From: Opitutia bacterium
GTDB taxonomy: Bacteria > Verrucomicrobiota > Verrucomicrobiia > Opitutales > T3Sed10-336
Reading direction: 5' to 3'
Assembly (NCBI GenBank): GCA_050506795.1
Contig: JBJHCF010000015.1
Location: 1-64,000 of the forward strand
DNA: 64,000 bases
The translations under genes and the position numbers were made by a program. Under the pieces are notes generated by a model that saw only the letters and a program-made list of their open reading frames with translations, was not told where the DNA came from and did not search any database. Positions 43,321 to 53,497 of this stretch are shown in pieces (position 1 is the stretch's first letter; the number at the start of each line of letters is the position of its first letter).

Positions 43321-44988
43321 TTACTGCACGGGAAATGTCAATCGCACCCCCAGGGCCACCAGGATTCCGACCACCAGGAACGGGAGGGTGGCGTTGATCC
43401 AGGAGGGGCGACCGCGCCGTTCGGCGTAAAGCAGCAGGCTGCCAAGGAGCGCCGCGGTGGTGGCGCCCGCGAGGAGATCGTGACGGTATTCCGCGCTCCA
43501 AAAATGGATGGGAAAATACTGCCAGGTTCCGACCGCGGCCTCCATAATCACGATCACCAGCCAACCGGCGTGATTGAAGAGCGAAGCCAGGGGCGCCAGG
43601 CCCAGAAGTCCGAGGGCCAGTGCCAGCATCCCGGCCGAGATCACCAGGGAGGCCAGACTGACGAGGATAATGTTCAATACCACCGCGCCCGGGGCGAAGA
43701 CGTTGAAGTAGTGGATGCTTAAGGGACTGCTGGCCAGGGTGGCGGTCAGACTTACGGCGGCTGTGACCAGAAAGAATCCGAGACAGTCCTCGATCACACG
43801 GTGGGTGCGGCTGAGGTCGTTTGCCGGCAACCACCCGAACAGGCGGCACCTGGCCTTCCAGTGCTCGGAAATCGGTATGCCGAGCAGCAGAATGGCGGTG
43901 ACCACAGTGTAGGAAAGCTGGAAACCGGCGTTCCAAAGTTGGTGGGGAAATAGCAACAACACACACACTGCGGAACAACCCAGGGCGGAAACGGGGTTTC
44001 CAGGACGGGCAAACAACGACGAACTCCAGAAAAAGGCGACCATGATGTAAGCCCTGACCGCTGAAGGCGCGCCGCCGGTGACCTCCACGTAAAACAGCAG
44101 CAGACCCAGCCCGATCATCGCCGCGGGCAGGGGTGGCGTGCGGGCCAGGGTCAGGATCGAATGCAGGGCGAAGGCGATGACCCCGATGTGGAGCCCGCTG
44201 ATAGCGAAGAGATGCAGCGTGCCGGTTCGGGTGAAAGCATCGCGTTGTGAATCCTCCAATACATGACGTTTTCCCAGCAGCATGGCCACGTAAACGCGGA
44301 CATGTCCGGCGGCATTATCCCGCGCTCCCTGACGCAGGTGGGCGGCAAAACGGTCGCGGTAATCGCGACAAAATCGAAAAAAACTCCGGGCCGGCCGGGT
44401 TTGTTCCGGAGGAGGACCGCGCCCAAAGCGAAACTGAACGCCCGATTGCTGCAAAAACCGGGAAAAACCGTCGTCGTAAGTCTCCTCCAACGGGATCGAC
44501 TCCAGGACGCCTCGGGTGCTCAGCCGTGCGGTCCGGGCGGGCGACGGCGAACCGGGATTTAGGCCAAAGGAAAAATGCAACTTTGAACCCACCAGGTCCT
44601 CGAGAACCGGCGGCGTGGCGGTGATACGACCGATGCCGGAAATCCGTTCCGGGTCCGCGGAAGCGAAAACTCGCTCGACTTGAAATTCCAGTTGGGCTTC
44701 CCGGGGCGGCAACGTATCCCATTCCGGCAGGCGGCCGTGGCGGTGCTGGTAATAGGCGAACGACAGGCAAAAGGCGGCGCCGGAAAAACAGGCCGTCCAG
44801 GCGAGTCCCGCGGATGCAGGACGGCCGCGCCGGTCGAAAATCAACAGCGTCGCGGCCAGTGCCAGCAACACTCCCAGGGCCAGCGCGGTGGCCGGGAATC
44901 CAAAAACCAAATACTCCGCCGCGCTGTACCCGGCGATCAGGGGCAGCAGCAGTCGAAGGATCGGACAACGGTGGTTGACGGGGCGCAT
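43321..44988 (-). CDS. comEC: ComEC/Rec2 family competence protein (DUF4131 + competence domain, no metallo-beta-lactamase domain)
   Basis: AMLLG, HLFAISGLH, PSAVRA, GFQLSY. Confidence 0.85.
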   Translation of the reverse strand: MRPVNHRCPILRLLLPLIAGYSAAEYLVFGFPATALALGVLLALAATLLIFDRRGRPASAGLAWTACFSGAAFCLSFAYYQHRHGRLPEWDTLPPREAQLEFQVERVFASADPERISGIGRITATPPVLEDLVGSKLHFSFGLNPGSPSPARTARLSTRGVLESIPLEETYDDGFSRFLQQSGVQFRFGRGPPPEQTRPARSFFRFCRDYRDRFAAHLRQGARDNAAGHVRVYVAMLLGKRHVLEDSQRDAFTRTGTLHLFAISGLHIGVIAFALHSILTLARTPPLPAAMIGLGLLLFYVEVTGGAPSAVRAYIMVAFFWSSSLFARPGNPVSALGCSAVCVLLLFPHQLWNAGFQLSYTVVTAILLLGIPISEHWKARCRLFGWLPANDLSRTHRVIEDCLGFFLVTAAVSLTATLASSPLSIHYFNVFAPGAVVLNIILVSLASLVISAGMLALALGLLGLAPLASLFNHAGWLVIVIMEAAVGTWQYFPIHFWSAEYRHDLLAGATTAALLGSLLLYAERRGRPSWINATLPFLVVGILVALGVRLTFPVQ

Positions 44989-45072
44989 AGGGGTGGTGCG
45001 GGGGAATCATTCCCAGTCCAAAACGGCGGGCGCGTTCAAGGCAAGCCGCGAATCGCGGTCCTCTCCGGACAA

Positions 45073-45966
45073 TTATTCGATTTCCACGTTCCCGGGTTGG
45101 GTGGTGGGGTTGATAAAGCGACACCCACTCAGCGTTTTTGCCTCCAGCATGGCTGCCTGCAAATAGGCCCTGGCACGTCCCACGGCTTGTTCGAGGGGGA
45201 GTCCCCGCGCGAGGTAAGCGGTGATCGCGGCGGAGAAGATACACCCGCTGCCGTGGGTGTTGAGCTCGGCAACCCGGGCGTACTCAAAAATCCGGGGATC
45301 GCCGCCAACGGTCACCAGGGCGTCGGTCACCCGGTCACCCTCCAGGTGGCCCCCTTTCATCAGAACCGCGCAATTGTACTCGGCCGCGAGCAGCCTTCCC
45401 GCGGCGATCATGCCGTCCATATCCGCCGGACGTTCCGCCAGGAGCACAGCGACTTCATCCAGGTTCGGGGTGATGAGCGTGGCCCGGGGAAGCAGCTCCG
45501 CTTTCACCGCCTCGATGGCGTCGGGTTGCAGGAGCACCGCGCCGCTGGTGGCGACCATGACCGGGTCGATAACGGTCTGGATGGAGGGGTTTTCTTGAAG
45601 GAAACCGGCGAACGAGCGGATGATTTCGGCTGAGAACAGCATGCCGGACTTCAGGGCCGCGATTCGAAAGTACCGCCCGACCTGGTCCATTTGCTCGCGG
45701 ACAAAGGCCCCCGTGGCCGGAAACACCTCGGTCACCGAATCCGGATTCTGAGCTGTGAGGCAGGTGATGGCGGAGGCGCCGTGGACCCTGAGCGCGTTGA
45801 AGGTGGCCAGGTCGGCCTGAATACCGGCGCCGCCTCCACTGTCGGAGCCGGCGACGGTCATTGCGGTGGGAAGGTCGGAGGTGTGTTTTGATACTGACGG
45901 CACGACGGGAATTGAAAGCCCGACAGGGTAGCTTGGCAAAACGATTCCCTTTGGATTAACAGCCAA
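45073..45966 (-). CDS. thiD: Hydroxymethylpyrimidine / phosphomethylpyrimidine kinase
   Basis: TVAGSDSGGGAGIQADL, KSGML, DPVM, TPNLDE, KGGH, THGSGC; true start probably near 45900. Confidence 0.93.
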   Translation of the reverse strand: MAVNPKGIVLPSYPVGLSIPVVPSVSKHTSDLPTAMTVAGSDSGGGAGIQADLATFNALRVHGASAITCLTAQNPDSVTEVFPATGAFVREQMDQVGRYFRIAALKSGMLFSAEIIRSFAGFLQENPSIQTVIDPVMVATSGAVLLQPDAIEAVKAELLPRATLITPNLDEVAVLLAERPADMDGMIAAGRLLAAEYNCAVLMKGGHLEGDRVTDALVTVGGDPRIFEYARVAELNTHGSGCIFSAAITAYLARGLPLEQAVGRARAYLQAAMLEAKTLSGCRFINPTTQPGNVEIE

Positions 45967-46062
45967 CGCTCAATCATTCCGCAGGGCTTGGGCGGCCGCC
46001 TAAGTCCGACAGGATGCTCGGGTTTGCCAAACCGCAAAAAATCGGGAATGGTGGGAGGCGTT

Positions 46063-46530
46063 GTGAACAATCGCAAAAATTCGCGGCAGATATCCGTTTA
46101 CCGCCGGGGGCTCCTGGTCGTTCAATCCTGGTTGTTGCTGGCGGTTGGCATTCTGGTGGCCGCCGCCCTGATTCCGGGGATCCGCTACGATACCTTCGGC
46201 ACTCTGTTGCTGGTGGTGGTTTTGCTCAGCCTGCTGAACGCTTTTCTCAAGCCGATACTGATGCTGTTCACGCTGCCATTCATTATGCTGACCATGGGCC
46301 TGGGCATCGTGATCATCAATGCGGTTTTGTTTCTGCTGGCCGGTTTGCTGGTGCCGGGATTCGCGGTGGACGGATTCGGAGTGGCTTTACTTGGAGCGCT
46401 GATTATCAGTGGGATAAATCTTCTGGTGAACCTTATCCTTCCCCTTGAGGTTTCCTATCGGGCGACCCTGCGTCATCACCGGCAAACCCGGCAAAAACCG
46501 AAAAACGACGACGATATTATCGACATCTGA
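46063..46530 (+). CDS. 4-TM 'phage holin family' (YvlD-like) membrane protein
   Basis: LLNAFLKPIL..FTLP...LTMGL...INA; GTG start after GGGAGG (start uncertain). Confidence 0.8.
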   Translation: MNNRKNSRQISVYRRGLLVVQSWLLLAVGILVAAALIPGIRYDTFGTLLLVVVLLSLLNAFLKPILMLFTLPFIMLTMGLGIVIINAVLFLLAGLLVPGFAVDGFGVALLGALIISGINLLVNLILPLEVSYRATLRHHRQTRQKPKNDDDIIDI

Positions 46531-46575
46531 AGCGATCCTCTGTCTTATCGAATCTTTAAACACCGACAAAATATC

Positions 46576-47979
46576 ATGGCTGAAAACACGAATTACGACC
46601 TGGTGGTGATCGGCGGGGGACCCGCCGGCTACGCCGCCGCCATCCGGGCGGGGCAACTTGGCAGGAAAGTGGCCTGCATCGAATCGGAGCGCGCCGGCGG
46701 GACCTGTCTTAACTGGGGTTGCATCCCGAGCAAGGCGCTGTTGAAAACGGCGGAGCTGTATCGCAAGCTCCACCACTTGGAAGAGTTCGGCCTTTCCTGC
46801 CAGAAACCGAGCTTCGACTTTCAAAAGGTTATTGCCCGCTCGCGCTCGGTCTCGGATCAGATGGCCAAAGGCATCGAATTTCTTTTCAAGAAAAACAAGG
46901 TCGATTATGTTGTCGGTACCGGACAGATCAACGTGCCGGGCATGGTCGAAGTGACCTCCGGCCCCGATCAGGGGAAATTCTTCAAGACGGAAAATATCCT
47001 GCTCGCGACCGGGTGCCGGGCGCGGAAGTTGCCGGGGATCGAGGTTGATGGCGAGCGGGTTATGACTTCGCGCGAAGCGCTGGTGACCAAGAAGTTGCCC
47101 AAATCGATTACCATTCTCGGAGCCGGCGCGATCGGCGCCGAGTTCGCCTATTTTTTTAACGCTCTTGGCAGTGAGGTCACCCTGGTGGAGATGTTGCCGC
47201 AGGTCCTTCCCCAGGAGGACGCGGAGATTGCGCGCGTCCTGGAACGAAGTTTCAAGAAGCAGGGAATGACCGTGCATAAGGCCACCCGGCTCGAGGACGT
47301 CAAAGTTCTCAAGAACGAGGTCACCTACACGTTGAAACCGGAAAAGGGCGACGCCGTGAAGGGCCGTTCGGAGAGCCTTCTGCTGGCTATCGGTGTGGTG
47401 CCCAATCTGGAGGGGGCCGTGTCGCCGAAAGCGCGCGTGGACCTGGACGACCGGGGTTACGTCAAGGTGGGCGACGACTACCAGACGTCGGTTCCCGGCG
47501 TGTACGCGGCCGGAGACATTATCGGACCTCCCTGGCTGGCGCATACCGCCACCTACGAGGCCGTCCAGGCGGTAAACGGAATGTTCGGCGAGGCCAAACC
47601 ACGGCGGGTGACGCTTTTTCCGGCCTGCACTTATTGTCAACCGCAGGTGGCTAGCCAGGGAATGACCGAACAGGCGGCCAAGGAAAAGGGAGTCGCCTAC
47701 AAGGTCGGCAAATTCCCCTTCGCCGCCTCAGGGAAGGCGGTGGCGTCCGGTGATTCCGATGGTTTTATCAAGATTCTATCGGCGGAGGCCGACGGCGAGA
47801 TCCTCGGCGTTCACATCATCGGCGCCGAGGCGACGGAGCTTATTGCCGAATACGGTCTGGCAATGTCGCTGGAGGCCACGGCGGAAGAGATTCACGCCAG
47901 CATCCACGCCCATCCCACCTTGTCGGAAGGTCTCGGCGAAGCCGCCGCCGCGGTCAGCGGCGAAGCGATTCATATCTGA
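46576..47979 (+). CDS. lpdA: Dihydrolipoyl dehydrogenase
   Basis: GGGPAGY, GGTCLNWGCIPSK, GAGAIG, HAHPTLSE. Confidence 0.95.
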   Translation: MAENTNYDLVVIGGGPAGYAAAIRAGQLGRKVACIESERAGGTCLNWGCIPSKALLKTAELYRKLHHLEEFGLSCQKPSFDFQKVIARSRSVSDQMAKGIEFLFKKNKVDYVVGTGQINVPGMVEVTSGPDQGKFFKTENILLATGCRARKLPGIEVDGERVMTSREALVTKKLPKSITILGAGAIGAEFAYFFNALGSEVTLVEMLPQVLPQEDAEIARVLERSFKKQGMTVHKATRLEDVKVLKNEVTYTLKPEKGDAVKGRSESLLLAIGVVPNLEGAVSPKARVDLDDRGYVKVGDDYQTSVPGVYAAGDIIGPPWLAHTATYEAVQAVNGMFGEAKPRRVTLFPACTYCQPQVASQGMTEQAAKEKGVAYKVGKFPFAASGKAVASGDSDGFIKILSAEADGEILGVHIIGAEATELIAEYGLAMSLEATAEEIHASIHAHPTLSEGLGEAAAAVSGEAIHI

Positions 47980-48323
47980 TTGGATCCTGAGGACGGGAAG
48001 CTCCGTTATCATCCGACGGCCGACTGGATGGCAGGCACGTTGTCTTCCAGTCACCGCTTTTTGGAGACGCGGAGCTTCCCCGAAGTCCCGAGCCGCAGGT
48101 GTTTCAGCAGGAAAGTTTGACCCAGAGCCAGATTTTTTTGCTATTTGCTTGCCTGCGGACCGGATTTGGGCACCATCGAGTTTGTTCTAGAGATTTGTCC
48201 GTTCTACTACCGAGAGGCTACCCGGTTTCATTCAGGCATGGTGCTTGAATGGTTGGATTCCGAGAATCGAGGGCAGAGAGCGCAGCTAACCGAAACCAAG
48301 AAGACAAACTCTCTGCATCGATT

Positions 48324-48659
48324 ATGAAGTTATATGTTGGAAACCTGCCGTTTAGTGCCACCCGTGAGGATATCGAAGGAGTTTTTGAACCTTACGGACC
48401 GATCGACGACATTCATGTCGTCATGGATCGCGAGACCCAGCGTCCGCGTGGATTCGCCTTTGTGACCTTGGCTGAGAAGTCTCAGGCCATCAAGGCCGTC
48501 GAAGCATTGAACGAAAGTGATATGGGAGGACGTAAGTTGGTCGTCAACGAAGCTCGGCCGCGTGAAGAACGTGCGCCCGGCGGTGGTGGTGGCGGTCGTC
48601 GCTCCTTCGGTGGTGGCGGTGGCCATCGCGGAGGAAACCAGGGTTACCGCGGACGTTAA
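48324..48659 (+). CDS. RRM RNA-binding protein with Gly/Arg-rich tail
   Basis: RNP2 LYVGNL, RNP1 RGFAFV, VNEARPRE, GGGGG tail. Confidence 0.93.
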   Translation: MKLYVGNLPFSATREDIEGVFEPYGPIDDIHVVMDRETQRPRGFAFVTLAEKSQAIKAVEALNESDMGGRKLVVNEARPREERAPGGGGGGRRSFGGGGGHRGGNQGYRGR

Positions 48660-48683
48660 TTCCCGGCCTCGAACCTTTTACCA

Positions 48684-48716
48684 GACGCCCTCCGGTATTC
48701 CGGAGGGCGTTTTTTG
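48684..48716 (+). terminator. Intrinsic terminator
   Basis: GACGCCCTCCGG-TATT-CCGGAGGGCGT followed by a T-run. Confidence 0.88.
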
Positions 48717-48922
48717 TGTTTGATATCCGGCCTGCCGGAATGGGACTCGCTTAAGGGCGTGGATCGAAGTCGCTTGGGCGCAACCGAATCGTATTCACTC
48801 TCCTCGTGTAGGTCGGTGCGTCACATAGGACAATTCCGAGATTGAGACGCCGAGTGAAATGCGGCGAACTTCGCGAATTTCGAGGCCTCGGCGTACGCCA
48901 TGATTTGGGTTTGGGAGAAGTC

Positions 48923-49501
48923 CTATCGTCGCTTCCACACCTGCCAAAACTCCATGCCGGCAAAGATCGGAAGCGGATCAGAACTGGGACGGCTTACCAG
49001 CAGATCAAAATCTTCCAGGAAAGCGGTCCGTTCTTTTTCGGGAGGCATCGGATACGGCGGCGGATCTTCCTCTTCGCCGTATAGAAAGTATCCCATCAAC
49101 AATCCACCCGGTCGCAAGAGTGATTGAACCCGCTTCGAATATTTCATTGCCAGGTCCGGTGGCAGGGCGCAGAGAAACGTCCGCTCGTAAATCGCGTCAA
49201 AGGACGCCTCAGGTAACGGAGCTTCGAAGAAATCGGCTTGGCACAGGGCCTCCCCGCCGACATCTCCGAGAACCGACCTCGCTTGAATCACGGCCTCGTG
49301 GCTGAGCTCGACACCGATCGCCTCGTTCCCCCTGTCGAGTAATTCTCCGACCTCATAGGCCGACCCACACCCTGGAATCAAAACTCGTCCCAGGTTTCCG
49401 CTCTCTACCAAAAACGATCGAAAGTCCGCGGGGACACCTCCAAAGTCCCACGGTGTACGGCCGCTTTGGTAGCGCTCGTTCCAAAATGCTTCGTTGGTCA
49501 T
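48923..49501 (-). CDS. Thiopurine / thiol-halide S-methyltransferase family
   Basis: FWNERY...TPWD, VLIPGCG, DFF, IYERTFLCAL, PPYP. Confidence 0.85.
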   Translation of the reverse strand: MTNEAFWNERYQSGRTPWDFGGVPADFRSFLVESGNLGRVLIPGCGSAYEVGELLDRGNEAIGVELSHEAVIQARSVLGDVGGEALCQADFFEAPLPEASFDAIYERTFLCALPPDLAMKYSKRVQSLLRPGGLLMGYFLYGEEEDPPPYPMPPEKERTAFLEDFDLLVSRPSSDPLPIFAGMEFWQVWKRR

Positions 49502-49541
49502 CGTTCTGTTCTCCGGCCGAGCAGCGTGGTTGATCAAGGAT

Positions 49542-50981
49542 TCAAGGGCTCTCCCGGATGACGAGGGCGCGGATTTCGGTCATGTCTTCCATGGCGTAGC
49601 GGACGCCTTCGCGGCCGATGCCGCTCTCCTTGACCCCGCCGTAGGGCATGTTGTCGACGCGCCAGGAGGGGACTTCGTTGATGAGCACGCCACCCACGTC
49701 GAGTTCATCCCAGGCGCGCATGGCGTTTGCCAGGGAGGGGGTGAAGATGCCCGCGTGAATTCCGTACTTGGCGTCGTTCACCCGCCGCAGGGCCTCATCG
49801 AAATCGGCGAAAGTGTCGATGACCGCCACCGGCCCGAAAGCTTCCTCGCACGAGAGCGGCTGGTCGGGCGGTACGTTCTTCAGGAGGGTTGCCTCCACAA
49901 TGGGTCCGTTGCGTCTTCCGCCGCACAGGATCGACGCCCCCGCGTCGGTGGCTTGTCGTATCCATTTTTCCAGGCGGGCCGCTTCCTTTTCGGAGATCAT
50001 CGGCCCGATGAAAACGTCCTCGTCCGACGGATCTCCCGATTTCAACTCGCGGGTGGCGTTCACCAGTTTTTCCTCAAACTCTTCGGCGAGCGATTCATGA
50101 ACGAGTATCCGCTGGACCGATATGCAGCTTTGACCGGATTGGTAGAAGGCGCCGAAAATGATGCGTTTGACGGCGTCGTCGACGTCCGCTCCCCGGTCCA
50201 CCACACAGGCCGCGTTGCCTCCGAGTTCCAGCACCACCTTTTTCTTCCCCGCCTTAGCCTTGAGCGCCCAGCCGACTTCCGGGGAGCCGGTGAAGCTGAG
50301 CAGTTTGAGGCGTTCGTCGGTGGTGAACAGCTCCGCTCCGTCGCGGCTGCACGGCAGAATGGAAAACGCTCCTCGCGGCAGGTCGGTTTCGGCGAGGATC
50401 TCCCCGATCAGCAGTGCTCCGACGGGAGTGCGGCTGGCGGGTTTCAGAACGAAAGGACAACCGGTCGCGAGGGCGGGGGCGATTTTGTGAGCGGCCAGGT
50501 TGAGAGGGAAATTGAAGGGAGAAATAAACGAACACGGCCCGATCGGAACGCGTTTGGTCCAACCGCGGTACCCGCGGGTGCGGCCGCTGATTTGCGGCTC
50601 CAGCATTTCCCCTGAAGGTCGGACCGACTCGTCCGCCGCGATCTGAAAGGTGTCGATCAACCGCGTCACTTCCCCCCGGCTGTCCTTGATCGGTTTACCG
50701 GCCTCGACTCGCAGCGCCTGCGCCAACTCCTCGGCGCGCTCCTTGAAACGCGCCACGCAGTGATCGAGCACGGCGCGTCGGTCACACGGCGCCATGCGGG
50801 CCATCGCGGACGCCGCCTCCACGGCGGCGGAGATCGCGCGATCGATCGTGTCGGGATCGGCCAGGGGCACGCGGGTGGCGAGTTCGCCCGAATACTTGTC
50901 GAAGACCTCAAGGTCCTTATTTGGTGATTCGGGCCGGTTCGCGAGATAGAATGGATAAGTGGATTTCATTGATGCTGTCAT
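49542..50981 (-). CDS. NAD(P)-dependent aldehyde dehydrogenase
   Basis: ISPFNFP, KPAS, FTGS, LELGGN, GQSCISVQR, EEAFGPV, PYGGVKESGIGREG. Confidence 0.93.
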   Translation of the reverse strand: MTASMKSTYPFYLANRPESPNKDLEVFDKYSGELATRVPLADPDTIDRAISAAVEAASAMARMAPCDRRAVLDHCVARFKERAEELAQALRVEAGKPIKDSRGEVTRLIDTFQIAADESVRPSGEMLEPQISGRTRGYRGWTKRVPIGPCSFISPFNFPLNLAAHKIAPALATGCPFVLKPASRTPVGALLIGEILAETDLPRGAFSILPCSRDGAELFTTDERLKLLSFTGSPEVGWALKAKAGKKKVVLELGGNAACVVDRGADVDDAVKRIIFGAFYQSGQSCISVQRILVHESLAEEFEEKLVNATRELKSGDPSDEDVFIGPMISEKEAARLEKWIRQATDAGASILCGGRRNGPIVEATLLKNVPPDQPLSCEEAFGPVAVIDTFADFDEALRRVNDAKYGIHAGIFTPSLANAMRAWDELDVGGVLINEVPSWRVDNMPYGGVKESGIGREGVRYAMEDMTEIRALVIRESP

Positions 50982-51121
50982 GTATGGGTTTTCTCCAATT
51001 TTGGCCCTTTGGCGACCAACACGATTTTTGTACCAGAAAAATCCCCGGAATGCGAATTCGAGTGGTCGATATTCTTGATCTGCTCTGGTTGGTGACCTCA
51101 ATGGGTTGTGCCGGAATCCAG

Positions 51122-53386
51122 CTAGAATTTCATCCGCAACCCGGCCCGCGCGTGGCGGCCGGGGAGGGGGGCGAGGTCTTTGACGAACGACGTGTGATTG
51201 CGTGCTTCTTCGTCGAGGAGGTTTTCCAGTCGGAAGAAGAAATCCAGGGTGATATTCCGAAAGTCTTCGCGGTACCCGAAACCGCTCCCAAGCAGCGTGT
51301 ATCCCGGGGTGGCCGTCTCATTCGCCGCGGTTTGACTTTGCCGCAGGACCCGCAGCAGGTCGGCCGAGGCGAAGAAACCGTTATGCTGCCAGAGGATCTC
51401 AGTGCCGAGTCTTACGGGAGGAATCCGCGGCAGCGGCTCGTTTTCGTCCAGATCGCGCGCCCGAATCCAGTCCGCCCGAAGGATCCAGTCCAGGGATTCG
51501 TCCGTTGGTCTCATCGCTTCCTTGAGCGCAAACACCACCTCGGCCTCGGCGCCGATAAACAGGGCCTCGGTCAATTGGTAGCGTGTCACATCCAGGAACT
51601 CGTTGCCTTCACCGTCGTCTTCCCGCCCCTGGAGAAAGGCGTCGTCCACCTCTTCGCGCCGTCGCAGGTCGAAGGTTCCATCCATATTCTCAAATGCGAG
51701 TTCGTCGGTTCGGCGCAGGCTGACGAAGTCGGGGAAAAACTGGGCAAAGCCTGTCAGCTCTCCCGATACCCGGCCCGCCTTCCGGCGCAACGCGGCGTCC
51801 AGACCGATCGAACGTTCCCGGTCGAAGTTCCCGGTTTCAAGGTGATCGCTGATCTCGAACGCAAAGGTGCCGACGTGCGGACCATCCGCGTAAAGCTCCT
51901 GGGCATTGAAGAGGCGTTCGGTGTAGCTGAGATTGATCGCCGCCTCATGATTCTCCACAAATTCGAAAATGACGCCCGCGGCCCCGCTGGCTCCTGTCTT
52001 TTGGTAGTCTGCCGGCCGCACGGGATCGGGGGACAACTCGTCGCGCTCGAACAGCTCCGGGCGGATGTGCTGCTGCTCGAGGCGGGCTCCAAATTGAAGG
52101 GTAATCGGGTCGCGCTGCCACTCCTGGAAGGAGAAAACACCGCCCTTCCAGGTCCGTGTCGGGCGCAGGAACGCTTCGGCGCCGGTCGCCGAAAAGCGGC
52201 TGTGCGCGGCGTCGAATCCCACTCCGCCCTCGATCTCCCCCAGGGGGCGGTGCGAAAGCTCCAGGCGCGAATCGAACCCCCGGTTGCGGAACGTGGTTCC
52301 GATCACGCCGTTTTCCAACTCGTGGTGAACATAATCGACGGCGCCGACGCGAACATCCACCCGTTCAATCAAGCTACCACGTGTTTCGAACTCCGATTGC
52401 AGGTCAAGACGTTTGCGATCGAGGTCAATGCTCACGAATTCATCGAATGCGCGGTCCACGATCAACCGGCCTTCGGCGTCGCGCCCGACCGCCATCTGTT
52501 CGACCTCCCGGCCGATCCCGTAGTCGGCTCCGAACCGGCTCACCGCCACCCCCACATAGCCGTTCTCTAAGAATCGACTGGCCCCGAAAAAGAATTCGTC
52601 GGTGTTGTTGTGGCTCTGTTCGAGCCGACGGAAGGGCTGGTCCTCCCGCAGCGCCGGGTCAACCGCTCCGAATCCCGGTATCCTCAGATCGCCGCCGCGC
52701 CTCTTGAGCCCGCCAAACGCCAACGCGACTTCGTCGCCGTTGATCTGGGTTCTGAACGCTCCGGTTGTGCCGCGATTGGAGCCGTCGGCCACGCCGGAAA
52801 AATCACCTTCCACATCCTGGGCACCCAGAGATCGCGGAATCATCGAATCGGTCACATTGACGACACCGCCGACCGCGCCGCCCCCGTACAGAAGGGCTCC
52901 CGGACCGCGTATGATCTCGACGCTCTCGGCCCGGTAGGGCTCGATCGCCACGGCATGATCGAGACTGCCGGCGGACGCGTCCACCGGATCCAGACCGCCC
53001 TGCAGGACCCGAACGCGGAAGTTGCTGAAACCGCGCACAATCGGGCGGCTCGCTCCGGGAAAGTAGTTCGTGCTCGAAACTCCGGGCAATCCCGACAGCG
53101 TTTCACCCAGCGACTGATCCAGCCGCCGCTGCAGTTCCCGCTCCTCGAGCAGAATCACCGGCTGTGCATACTCGCCGGGACCTCGAGCCAGGGGACCGCC
53201 CAACACCCGGAGCGCCGGCAGATCGACTGCCTCGTTATCCCCTCGGCGTTCGCCATCCGGCGTTCCCGAAGCGCGAAACGTGTCCGTACGCCCCGCACCG
53301 GAGGGCTCAATTTCGTCCTCGGCAAACACGACTCCGGAAGCCGAATACAGGAAGAACAAGATCAGGAAACTCAATCGAGCAATCAT
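51122..53386 (-). CDS. TonB-dependent receptor, ZnuD-like (metal/heme)
   Basis: Plug SLGETL..LPGV, SRPIVRG, DH, RGPGALLYG; His motifs YVHHE and GPH; C-terminal RNHTSFVKDLAPLPGR...MKF. Confidence 0.85.
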   Translation of the reverse strand: MIARLSFLILFFLYSASGVVFAEDEIEPSGAGRTDTFRASGTPDGERRGDNEAVDLPALRVLGGPLARGPGEYAQPVILLEERELQRRLDQSLGETLSGLPGVSSTNYFPGASRPIVRGFSNFRVRVLQGGLDPVDASAGSLDHAVAIEPYRAESVEIIRGPGALLYGGGAVGGVVNVTDSMIPRSLGAQDVEGDFSGVADGSNRGTTGAFRTQINGDEVALAFGGLKRRGGDLRIPGFGAVDPALREDQPFRRLEQSHNNTDEFFFGASRFLENGYVGVAVSRFGADYGIGREVEQMAVGRDAEGRLIVDRAFDEFVSIDLDRKRLDLQSEFETRGSLIERVDVRVGAVDYVHHELENGVIGTTFRNRGFDSRLELSHRPLGEIEGGVGFDAAHSRFSATGAEAFLRPTRTWKGGVFSFQEWQRDPITLQFGARLEQQHIRPELFERDELSPDPVRPADYQKTGASGAAGVIFEFVENHEAAINLSYTERLFNAQELYADGPHVGTFAFEISDHLETGNFDRERSIGLDAALRRKAGRVSGELTGFAQFFPDFVSLRRTDELAFENMDGTFDLRRREEVDDAFLQGREDDGEGNEFLDVTRYQLTEALFIGAEAEVVFALKEAMRPTDESLDWILRADWIRARDLDENEPLPRIPPVRLGTEILWQHNGFFASADLLRVLRQSQTAANETATPGYTLLGSGFGYREDFRNITLDFFFRLENLLDEEARNHTSFVKDLAPLPGRHARAGLRMKF

Positions 53387-53427
53387 GCCGACCCAGATTT
53401 CCGGAGTTTCTTCGGGGGTCAATAAGA

Positions 53428-53445
53428 ATTTTGAGTAATCAAAAT
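53428..53445. promoter_or_regulatory. Palindromic operator upstream of TonB receptor
   Basis: ATTTTGA-GTAA-TCAAAAT; near copy at 55337-55353. Confidence 0.6.
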
Positions 53446-53497
53446 AAAAATTTATACTAGGATCATACTTGGCTGGTCCCCTCAATGCCACGGAAGG

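Noticed and set aside
43321..44988. ComEC lacking the metallo-beta-lactamase domain as a pseudogene
   Set aside because: Intact ORF; two-domain ComEC proteins are common.
45900..46050. TPP riboswitch upstream of thiD
   Set aside because: The conserved CUGAGA and CCUGA...AGGGA core is absent; only a simple GC hairpin is present.
46063..46530. Prophage implied by a 'holin' gene
   Set aside because: YvlD-like 4-TM proteins are chromosomal; there are no phage genes nearby.
48847..48894. Hairpin ACGCCGAG...CTCGGCGT between convergent genes
   Set aside because: Short; most simply a terminator-like structure, with no evidence for an sRNA.
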